64,000 bases of DNA, taken from the NCBI GenBank assembly GCA_973895155.1, contig OZ316896.1:22215722-22279721 (forward strand), read 5' to 3'. Within the stretch, counting starts at the first letter, position 1; every line of letters starts with the position of its first letter. The position numbers and the translations under genes are program-made. The notes under the pieces are model-generated. The model worked only from the letters and a program-made list of their open reading frames with translations, had not been told where the DNA came from and did not search any database. This DNA comes from Marsupella aquatica (Eukaryota > Plantae > Marchantiophyta). Positions 25,801-36,968 of the stretch are shown piece by piece.

Positions 25801-28800
25801 CTGAAGATTTTTGAGAGGAGTTTCATGAACATGGGTCATCTTGGTTGACAGGATTTTGGAAATAATCACTGCCTTAGCAAAGACAAACAAGAGTGCAATG
25901 TCGAGGCTTTACAAGATGGGTGCTTTTGAGATCCTTTTGTGGAAGCTTCTGGCAGGGGATGTCGTTGAGAACGATAAAGTTTTAATTGCAAAGTTCCTGC
26001 AGCAGAGTCACCTTCACCAGGTGATTTGCCAATTTATTAAGTGGGGCTGCTGTGAACCTTTTTCATTTTCCCTGATGTCATCAATTTTAAGCGACGATCA
26101 ATGTTTAAGACTCTTTTGTGTGAGAGCCATGTGTTGGTTAGCTGCATTTATGGTTCACGTTGTAGTTGAATGCTTTCGTCGTTTTCCCAATCAAGTGTTA
26201 CCGCGGTACTTGGTTAGTTCGTACTGCCACACATCCTGCCTAAATCATAGTATTATTAGATCAGTCTCGCTAAATCATGATTGCTTAACAAATCCTGTCT
26301 ACATTGATGGGCAGGATCTTGACTCCATTCCTAACGGGACAGGGAAGGGTCATGAGCGGGGACACTCACCCTGGGAAGACAGCATTCTGCGCCTGTATCT
26401 TCCAGAAGGACTGATCTTGAAGCTCATATCAGAGGTTTGAGTCGTTCGTTTTGGCATGGTTCTTCTTGCCCTGGCATCCATTGCAACAAACTACTCTTAC
26501 AGAAAGGTTCTTGAAGCATTTCATTAGTCAATGGCATAGTGTATTAGCTTTAACTGTAAAGTTTTTGAACTTTCACAGGGGCCACAATCATTCGTTGCAC
26601 TCATCAATTCTGAACAAGATGCTCCAGAGGTTATTTGGAATGCGGAAATGAGGAAGCTTCTGCTGGAGCATCTTACCAACGAGCTAGAGCCGTACGTTAA
26701 ATTTCGAGCTTCAGATCCCTTGGCGTTGTACATTCATATGCCAAGGTCTCCCTTGGTTTATCCAGAACTTGCTGGTAACGACATAATCCAAAAGTTTATG
26801 ACTTTTTAGTCTTCGACATCTCACTTCGCTTCCATTCGTGTGAGAGCCTACTTTTGAGATGAGCGGCTCGCATGGAAGGATCTTGTGTGAACCATAGTCT
26901 TTCGTTGGAGCATACTTTTGTGTCAGACAGGGTGCTTGAAGAAAATGTCAGGCATTAACATTTTCCATTATGGTAGCAGATTCGGTTTTTGCTGCACCAT
27001 TTTACTTGCAAAACTTGCTGGATGACAAACGCTTCCCAACATACCAGATCAATGATTCAGTTGGCTTCTTCAACAGCCTAATGTTGGTGAGTGGTTCTTA
27101 ATGATCTGTGTTATGGAAGAGAATTTTTTCCATGTTATCTTACGTTTGGTAATAAAGGTTGATGCGGCCTGCTGGCTGGTAATTTTTTCTCACGTTTCGA
27201 TTTTCATTTCTTTGCTTTTACTTTCGCCATGACAATATGGTGGGTCTGGTTACTGGCAGGATCTACGGAAATCTCTGGCAACCGTGTCAAACGGTTCCCC
27301 AGCTGGATCTGGCGGAGCCTTGTGGCGTAAGGAGATGCCCCGAATACACCTCTTACTTCAATCTCAGGTCCTACAGTTTGTTTCCTTAATACGCAGATTT
27401 GGCTCTCCTGCTTTGTTATCTGTTGTTCTCAGTTGAATCAAACGATTCATGTATTTTCAACTTTACATGACATGAAGTTTTGGTGACGTTGTATTCGCGT
27501 CTTGTCCTACTTGCAGGCTCTTTTGCTAGAGCGATATCCTCAGCTGGTACTACCTAGTGATCTGGAATCGACAGCGATAGGTCTTGCCAATCCTGCACTC
27601 CGAACTTCGCTTGCTCAAAAGGATGAAGTTCCTCTTAGTGTAACAGAGATTCTTCAACAAACAACTAGAATTCTGAAAAGATTTTGCTATGTTTGTACCA
27701 GGTAAGAACTCTTCTGGCCCCTACATTTGAAGTACAGAATCGACACTGGCAACCTGACTTTGGACAGGATAGGGACTCGTTGGTTGTGCTGGGAATGAAT
27801 GAATTTAAAATCCACGGGGAATTAAATGGGTTATACCAAAGGTGGAGCTACTTGTCTTGAGAAACACTGCTTTGGTCTTAAGCATTACCTCAGCTTCGTG
27901 TAAGGATCGCTGGGCGCTGATGCTGTTCACGAATTGATCACGTATCTTCTTGCAGAGAAGGTGAAGTCCCAACTGCTACTCTAAATTTTTCTCTCAGCGT
28001 GCTGGGACTGGGACCAAAGCTAAAACACGACGTTGAGGAGAACAGCAGTAGTACTTCGAGTCTCGAATCTGCGGTCGCAGGTTCTCTTTTTGTGCTCGAG
28101 CTTGCCTCCTCAACAAGGTAATACAAATACGATACATCCAGTAAATCAAGTTGAAGATCGCAGTGCGTTGGGTCCAATAGCTGTAGTGAAGTTATTGATC
28201 AGTTGTTATGGTTTTCAGGAAAGGGAGGGAGCTTTTGCGGGATGATATTAGATGGAGAAAAGGGTTCTGGTGGGCTATCTGCACAGCCGCTAGCGATGCT
28301 GCAGCTGTTCCCCCAAGAGGCCCTAGCCCAGTCTCCTTTGCTGCCTTGGGTTGTCTTAAGCACTTTGCCGAAGATGAACAATTTTGCGATCGTATCATGA
28401 AGCAGGTGTGTCTTTGGTTGCGGGAGAACTGTCTTCTCTCTTCTAGTTTGGCACGCGTGACTGCAATCGATTATTGTTAGAACTGATCAATTTACCATCA
28501 CTCTGTCGTGAAGTTTAAGTAAGGAAAGGAAATCTCTCTCTCTATATATATATATCGACTTTGAAGTTCATCCTGCTCAATAGCTGCACAATAAATTACA
28601 AGTCGGTGGCTAACTCATAAGCAAAGACAAGTCCTTGATTTCTACAGCATTTGACCGATGAAAATGAAGTTCACATTCGTCACGATGGCTTCCATTAACT
28701 CTTGGTCCATGTTGGCAGGCTTTGTATATTCCTTTGCTTCTGCTGGCAGTCCCACCTGTTGATGCGGCTGTGAAGGCTCAAGATTCAAAGTCTGCGCTAC

Positions 28801-31800
28801 TCTACTCCGCAGCAGATGTTCTGGGTGCTCTTGTCCGGATGCTAGATCAGGCAGGGGGGTCTAATCCTTCTGAACGGCAGAAACTGGGACAAGGCGTTAT
28901 CTCCAGACTGATTCCAGCTCCCTTATTGTCATGCTTACAGCAAGAAGAGGGAGTGGAGAAATTTATCAATTTGATAGCCTCAGATGTTGTGGAACCCTTG
29001 GCGTTGTGGACAGCCGAAGTCCGGACCGAGCTCCGAACCCGACTTAGTGAACGCCTTCAACAGCATAATGCCAGTCTTGCCTCCGGGAGTGCTCCATCTG
29101 GGGATGAGCTTGAGTGGTTGCAAAGCTTTCAGTACGAGTCCGTCAAGGGAGAGCTTATTGTAGGTGGTCTGTTCGTGAAATCCGTCGCGGGTGGACAATG
29201 GGGAAGCTCCAGTTTACCTGCTGGTCACGAATTTCTAGATGGCATAATGGAGTACTTGGCCGTCACCCAGGAGGTTTTGTTTGTACAGGACAAGGAAGTT
29301 GAAAAGAGGGAAGTTGGAGAAGAGAGAAGAGACATTGAAGATGAAGAGTCGGTGAAAAAGGAAAGAGAAGAAAAGGAGCAGGCAGCTGTTGCAGAATACC
29401 TCACGGTTTTGGCTGCTCTTAGAGAAGGGTTGAAGTATGCCATCAAGTGTGACAGAGGCGACATCCTTGAACATGTGCAACCCTCAGCTCTTGCCAAGAT
29501 TGTAGTGGGAGGCAAAAGCCATCCAGAGGCATGTGTTGAGATTTCTACTATTGTGAAGGTGTTAGCTGAGCATAAGCTATCCAGGGATGCAATGCTACGG
29601 TCTGAACTGATGCAGGCTCTAACCGTGCAGCTATGGCAAGCTGCGACATCTAGTGGTGAGGAACATCTGAAGGAGGATATTCTGATGGAAACTCTTGATG
29701 CATTCCTCCTCCTAAGTGAGAGAATTCCCGCTACTTTGTCCGCCACCAACTACTTTGCCAACTGTGGAGCGCTTCTCCCCCTTCTGGCAATTTTCTGCCA
29801 TGTAGATCTTCCCAGCCTGGATGGAGATGATATTGGCATTTCAACAGCGCAGAATATACCCTTCGAAGGGAGACTGTTGGCTGCCCAAACCTTGGGCCAG
29901 CTTTTGTTGGCTGGCAGTGGAGTGAGCCGCCGATCCAAGTTGCTTAATGATATTTCCAAACAGAAGATGTTGCTAAATGGAAATGGCTCAGCGAATGGGC
30001 ACAAGACGACTCATGAAGGGATTGGGGAAGCAACAGATATGTATCAACTCGTCAATTTGCTTGAGCCCAGCTCTGGTGGTGACAAATCAGAACCACTAGT
30101 CATAGCGACATTGCTTCTTCTCCTACCCGTGGACCTATTATCCACTTTGGCCAGGGACCCACAGGGAGGTTGTAAGGCTTATGATGGCTCTTCTCAGTCT
30201 CCGAGACTGGTATGGGACCAAGAGACCCGAACTCGTGTAAAAATTGTTTTGTCCAAGGAAGCAGCAAAGGTGCAGGAGGTTGTGAAGACAAAAGGGCTGG
30301 TGGCTATGCCTTCATGGTCCTTAAGCAAGCGACGACCTGCGTTCTTGCGGAGTATCTTAGTCACCATATCGGACAATGAAACAAGGCCATTGTTCAGGGA
30401 TGAGGCTGGAGACGATTATGCACTCGAGATGTATCTAGGTGGCTTTTTTGTGGACCAATTTTTGAGAGATCCTGGCTATGATTTTGGCAAATTGCTTGAG
30501 GAACGATTCTCGCGAGAGATCCGGAAGGCTGTGGTCATAGGGGCGCCTTCTGATGGATTCAATGCATATGAGTTCAGTTTTGATGACAGGAGACGGCTTC
30601 TCCTTGCCTTGATCTTACTATTCAAAGGGCGCCCAGCTCTACTCTCTGGACACTCTAATCTGGATATATTTTTCCCAGTTTACGAGCTTATTAGTAGTGG
30701 CAGTGGGATGGAAAGACGCGCTCTATCACAAGCCGCAATGCTTTTATTTCATTGCACAGCTAATAGTCCAGATATTGCTGATTGTATGAGTTCCTCGGAA
30801 CTGATCTACACGTTGGCAACTTTCCTGGAATTAAAAGTTCCTCCCTCAGACGCGGGTAGTGCGGGAACGGATCCCAGATTATGCAGCCTCATGCTATTGC
30901 TCCGCCTGATTCGCCTCAGCAGTGCAACAGTAGAGATAGCTCTCAAACTGGGTTTCGTGTCAAAGGTAGCTGACATTGTGCTCAATGTTGATGACTCGGC
31001 CGTTGTTCGGCAACGGGCAGCGGAGTGTCTAGCAGTTATGTGTTCGGACAAAAGGAGGGGCCATGAGGTCACGAGATTGTTGGAAAATCTCGTTCCTCAA
31101 AATGCTAAAGGATATGGAGCATGGAATATACCTTTGGGCAACATTCGTGAGGAATCTGTTGACTCGAGAACTATGAACCATTTTCTGCGATATCGTTTCC
31201 CTTGCAGTTGGTGGACACTGGACACCCCAGAGGGAACCACGGTAACTGAAGTACCAGAGCCCATGGGCCCCGTCACCGTTGTTGATGCAACTGTGACTTT
31301 CCCAAATGGAAAGCTTTCTCACTTCAATGACGATGCCGAGGGTGTGTTTAAAAGAAGTATTGCGGCAATGGCTAATGTCGAGATCCGAGATGTAAATATA
31401 TTAAGAAAGCGTGCCGGGAGCTTAATGATTGACTTCCAAGTTTTTTTCAGGCGTAGACAAGATTCTGGAAGGACATATCATTATCGTGAACCTGAGGTAG
31501 AAGCTCGTGCGTTTAAAGAGAAACTAGAGAGGGAGGGGACGAAGTTGTTTTCAAGTCGATTCTTTGAATCAATGGGGACACCTAGAGTGACATCAATTGC
31601 TTTGAATCACATCGCCAATAACCTTCAGTCGTCCCCTCTGAAAAGCAACTCTCTCCCAAGCGAGGGAAGCGTTGGGAATCCAACCGTTCAAATAGTGTAC
31701 ATGGCTGCTGGTCAAGCCCCACCCTTGAGAACGAACAGCACAGGAAAGGATGTGAATGTCATATATGTGCAGGGTAATCCAACGTCAGAGCAGCTTCTGA

Positions 31801-34355
31801 AGGCATCTGGGATAGACTTTGGAGATCAGGGGAATTTTGTGCTCCCACAGCAACCTCAAATAGTGTACCAGCTTCCTCCGGGCAGCACGGGGTCACCTCA
31901 ACCTCAGGTCATTTACCAAGCTTCACCGGGGCAGTCGTCAATGCTTGGGCAAGCAACTGGATATCTACCACAACTTCAATCATCTGTAGACATGTCGACT
32001 GTCATTGCTGCGAAGCCCCAGCAAGTCCCCACTTTGGTATCGGAAAGTAGAGGACATCCTCCTTTGTCTCAGGACATCTATACAAATGGTTTTACATCTT
32101 CCTTTCCAGATTCATTCTTGCCAGGATTGCAAGGCTCTCTCTCGCCCGCGCCATCTACTCCCACACGTACACCTTCATTGCCTACAATGTCATCTCCACC
32201 TTCATCCCTACCATCTTTCAAGTCGTTGCCCAGCATATCTCCCTTCTCCTCACCACTTCCCCCATCCTCCAATAGAAGCAGTATTCCCAGTGCTGTATCT
32301 CCACCAACACCACCACTACCTGTTGCACCTGCCAGAGCATCCCCTCCTCCAGCACCTCCGGTCTCAGGTATACGGAGTCCACCACCTCCTCCGCCACCCC
32401 CAGGTGGAGCTTCTCGTGGTCCTCCACCACCTCCACCACCCCCAGGGGGAGCTGCTCGAGATCCTCCTCCTCCACCTCCACCACTCCCAGGGGGAGCTTC
32501 TCGAGGTCCTCCTCCACCTCCACCACCCCCAGGTGGAGCATCTCGAGGCCCTCCTCCACCTCCACCACCCCCAGGTGGAGCATCTCGAGGCCCTCCTCCA
32601 CCTCCACCACCCCCAGGTGGAGCTTCTCGTGGCCCTCCTCCACCTCCACCACCTCCAGGTGGAGCTTCTCGTGGCCCTCCGCCACCTCCACCACCACCAG
32701 GTGGAGCTTCTCGTGGTCCTCCACCTCCACCACCCCCAGGAGGAGCGACTCGTGGCCCGCCTCGACCTTCTCCATCCAAATCAAGTACTCCACCTCCTGC
32801 TTCAATGAAAGCAGCCCCGCCCCTACCACCCTCAGAAATGCTTCCCGTTGCAGGTAAGTGTGCACACTCTCTGCGATGCTTTAACTTGGATGTAATGTGG
32901 TGGATTATTTAAATGAACTTTTCGTCTCTCAAGGCTATTTCAATGTTGCTACTGTTGCAGATCTTAGGCTAATGCTGCGTTTGTCCTTTTCCAGACACGG
33001 GTGCCTCAAAGAAAAATGGTTTCATGGTTAAGTCAGAAGAAGGAAAGTGAGTCATCGATACTGAGTACTTTGGACATTTTTTCTCCGCCTAGTTGATAGT
33101 TGTGATAGTTTAAAAGTGGATTCTGTTATTTTATTATGAAGATAGTCATCAAACGCTTTGACTCACAGGCTGATATGGTGTTTCCCTTACTTTTGCAGAA
33201 TGGTGCCTCTAAGAAAAGCCATTGACCTGGTTTTGGAAGGAGCTGACATAACGGATGAAAACAAAGGACTTGCCACAGTGAATTTTCTAGAAGCATTTGA
33301 AGAAGGTCAGCTCAACCCCCAGTTTCTCTGTGCTGAGGATATGTTCATCCATTTCCTGGCTGACATGCAATCAAAGTGTGACGTCTTACTTTTTTCCTAT
33401 TTCTCGTGGTGGGATGACCAGATGAGGAAGAATTAGGGAGAATGCTAGAGAACTATCCAAAGCTTGTACAAAAATATGCTCTACAGCCACAGCTCTGCTA
33501 CGATTTGATGTGCGTTTGGGAAGAGCACTGCTTGGATCTAATGCTGCCAGAAGAGCTGGTAAGTGAAGTAGACTTCGTGATTTCGAAAGCATTGGAATTA
33601 TATCTATTCGAACTGCTGTTTTATGGCAATGACTGTGTGTAGCTGTTAGATTTAAGTTGTAAGAACCATCGCTTAGATCTTGCATTGAAGGTAGTCATTC
33701 TTATTGAAAAATTTGTGATATCGACTTTGTTGCAGGCCAAGTACAAACGGGGAATTGCAGCATTCGATCTTTGCAGATTAGATGATCCTGTACAGGCTGT
33801 TCAGGAAGCGAAGAAGAAGTTTGCAGGAATTCTGAAGACGCGGAAGTAAGTTTTCTGGATTCTCATCTCACCTATACTATGATTTTTACCACGAAAATTT
33901 GATGCAAATGATGGAAATGCAGTGGCGCTAAATGTTTATAGACACTTATTTGTAGCCAATTACAACATTACATATTTGGTTCATGTTACCGGACTGATGA
34001 CGATGGCTGTTGAACGACCCAACGCAGAGAGAAGGAATGGAAAGAGAAAAGTAAGCAGATAAAGGGAGACATGTCTGCAGAACTGGCCAAGGCTGTCGGA
34101 GGACGAAAGGTAATTTTTTTGTGGTTGTTATTTTTTGGCACAATTTTTCTTGCAGTATTCCCTAGCTCCTTAGTTTGAGAAACCTAACCACTGAGTTGTG
34201 TTTATATGCCTGATTTGAGACTAGTTTTTAAAGCAAGCCCTCGGACTTTTGGTGTTGTGCAGGAGAAGATGAATTTAGAGAACGCTCAGGATGAGTTGAA
34301 GGCAATGTCAAAGGGGAAGATCCAGAAAAAGAAGAAATCACAAGCTGGGTCATAA
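16871..34355 (+). CDS. Divergent RME-8/DNAJC13/GRV2-like protein lacking the J domain, with C-terminal SEA-like module, polyproline region and putative WH2/C-like tail; ~38 exons, ~3,000 aa (hand count)
   Basis: RME-8-like segments in order: LKFSTEARPALLTALH; YEFEVVKR...GRIICITKDYFIEK...ERDNFIASM; LQRLLASK; four IWN-type repeats PGLVWND (~23080), PEVIWNA (~26630), PLALWTA (~29000), PRLVWDQ (~30205), each followed by a (V/I)GG.(Y/F/H)L-like motif; SILRLYLPEGL...YPELADSVFAAPFYLQNLLDDKRFP. A 4.1-kb exon spans 28719-32853. The last exons (32995-33046, 33199-33305, 33422-33558, 33736-33845, ~34028-34109, 34263-34355) splice with consistent phases to TAA at 34353-34355. Confidence 0.88.
32375..32765 (+). 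repeat. Coding tandem repeat, ~42-bp unit encoding PPPPPPPP-GGASRG, nine units (FH1/WASP-type polyproline region)
   Basis: Read directly in ORF 28722..32912. Confidence 0.95.
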
Positions 34356-36968
34356 CAGTCTAGCCCAAGAGGTTGACCTGCAACCTGGGCTGTATGTCAG
34401 AGCACATTGTTTTAGCGCATTTTGCCAATTTGTAGGTGTTACCCTATTGGTGAATCAGAGTACGTGAAAGGAAATATTCCCGAGAGATAGGGCTCCAATT
34501 CATTGCGAGACAGTTCTAGTCAAGCTATTCTAAAACGTAGCAGTGTTTAGTGTGTAAAACGTAGTCAGAATGTAGAATCTATTCTTGAGGCGGGGTCATT
34601 TGATGGATCTGAGAATTCAAAGGAAGAGTTTATTTTTTAATAAGGCTGAAGCCTGAAGCAACTGCAGTTTCTCCCTTCGGAGATCATATTGAGTAAACTA
34701 CAATTTTGACGGGAGAACCCATCTTTGATGGGGAAACTATTGTGTGGGCCAGCTTTCCCCGGTAGGGTCCGAATCGGTTGAGCTCATTGTCACACTACCT
34801 TCGCCTCTCGTTGTGTCAAGTAGGAATTTCATCTGTTGGAATGAAATGGAGTGGAATCGAACGGATTTGATTTCATGCAACGATTTTGAAGGTCAGAGAG
34901 CTCCAATTTTGCAAACATCTGTCAGAGCGGGAGTGTCTTCGTCAACCGGGTGGTGCATATGTGCAGCAAAAGCATAAACACTGATTCGAAGGTCTGCATT
35001 CTGTTTACCTCTGACAGACAACAATTCTACTTTTCTTTCGTGTAAGAGTCCTCCATCAGGAGCCACAATCATCACCTCAATGGCGATTTCAATTTCAGTT
35101 TGCCAGACATGCTTTGTTACTGTATGTTTTCGCTCTGAATATCTTGGTCAACTTGGTCACTACCGCAAACGTTTACCCACTGATTTAGACCCCCAAAATA
35201 GCCTTGAATGGCCACCCTGCAAGTCTTGAAGCAAGTGAATAACTTTTTGTGATCAAAGATCGCAAACCAAGTTACTACTACCCATAGCATGTCTAGTCGA
35301 CCCATCCAAGAGATGATGAGCGGCCAACAGGGAAGGCATTGAAATAACCCGAAGTTCAAAAAAATGTAGACAAGAGCAACTTACATGGTTACCAACCCTT
35401 CAACCACTTCGGACACTTTCTCTTTGTATTTGCTGGATGTCTTGTATGACAGTCATGGAGGCATGTGTTACGTTCATAAACTTGGAAAAGATGACTTTTT
35501 GTTTATCAAGACTAATTTGTGTGTAGTGAACTGAGCTATCATAATCAGCAATGTGGATTGTCCTGAACATGAAGTATAACATCTTATCTGGCCAGTAACA
35601 TTTTATATGAACATCATGTTTACGTGATAACATCTATTTTCAATTGGGCAAATGCTTTTAATTTGTATTCAAAAGACTTGATATATACCCTCCATTGCTC
35701 TCTGCATAACTCCAAGATATGGATTCCTCCTACGTGACAGAAAGACTGGTAGCTTGGCGACTGCATGGTTGTAGACTAATTGAAAAACGTCTATTAATAG
35801 GATTTATGTAAATTTTATGGGTTTATTTTTAAAACAGTGAACCACCGATACATTAGTCTTTTTACATGAAAATGGTTGACTATTCCTAGAACTAATTTAT
35901 CTACAAGGAATTTTGTAAACCACCTTTTGTATGTCTTAGTTTACTTGTGGCTACACTCTTACCATGGCATGGGTGTTTCATCTTTCCACTCTGAATATAC
36001 TCTTACCAGGGTGGACCTCTCTCTTGTGCATGGAAGTAAATGCTGGCTTTGGACATCAATCATGGAGACATAGTGAGAGGTGTTGCTAACAACGAGAGGT
36101 CCTGCTTCCAGACACTTTGGTCCAAAAATTGCTTGCATTTACGTACAGTCTACCGTGTCTAAGTGCAGGCTCCCGGGACCCCAAGCCTGCAGTTATCCAC
36201 GTTATGCACTTCATCATAAGTGCATGGTGCACTTTTCCATATGTGTCTGTTGCACTTTCCAATAAATGTCTATGAAATCACTAATGCACTTCCACAAATG
36301 TCTTGTCAGGTCATATACATAGACTTCTCATACCCAGAATACTCATAGTGCACGATTGAACTGAATAAGTGCATGAAACTACAGTGTAGTTGTTTGTTGC
36401 ACTTATCAATAAATGCTTCTATCATATGTGTTGCAGTCATTGATTAATGCATCTATACTCTTATAGATGGAAAATGCCCTTATGTATTTGTCGTTTAGTG
36501 ACGGACGACCTGCACTTACAAACGGTGCATTTTTTGGTGCATTTACAAGGAATTTGCTATAATATTGAGGGACGACACAAACACCCTGCAGTTACCCATG
36601 GAATGCAGTTATACACGCTGCACTTAGACACGGTAGACTGTACACAGTCACAAGGGTACTAGCTTCCAAGGGTAAAGCATGAGAGCATACATGCCATGGG
36701 GTCCACAAACTAATTTCAATTAGAATCAGCTTCCAAGACCGTATAAAATGTAGATCCTTGCCTATGATGTAAGAGTTGCATCCCCGGATTTTTCCTATGT
36801 CAATGTGGTTCATAGAATGTTCCAATTCTAGTAGTCTACTTGTCTGCCAATCTATAGTGAAAGTCTGGCCATGCATTGATTTTTACACAAACTTTCCTGC
36901 AAGTGGCCTGACAAAAATTAAGCTAGATAGCTTTCTATCTAGCTTGCAAGCGGTTCCGTCGTGAATTC

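Noticed and set aside
32005-32865. Long His/Leu-, Gly- and Val/Glu-rich ORFs (32005..32808 +, 32078..32779 -, 32218..32865 -)
   Set aside because: Shadow frames of the 42-bp polyproline repeat.
28722-34355. Formin or extensin call for the polyproline protein
   Set aside because: No FH2 motifs follow the proline tracts. There is no signal peptide or SPPPP-Y extensin pattern, and the upstream sequence is RME-8-like.
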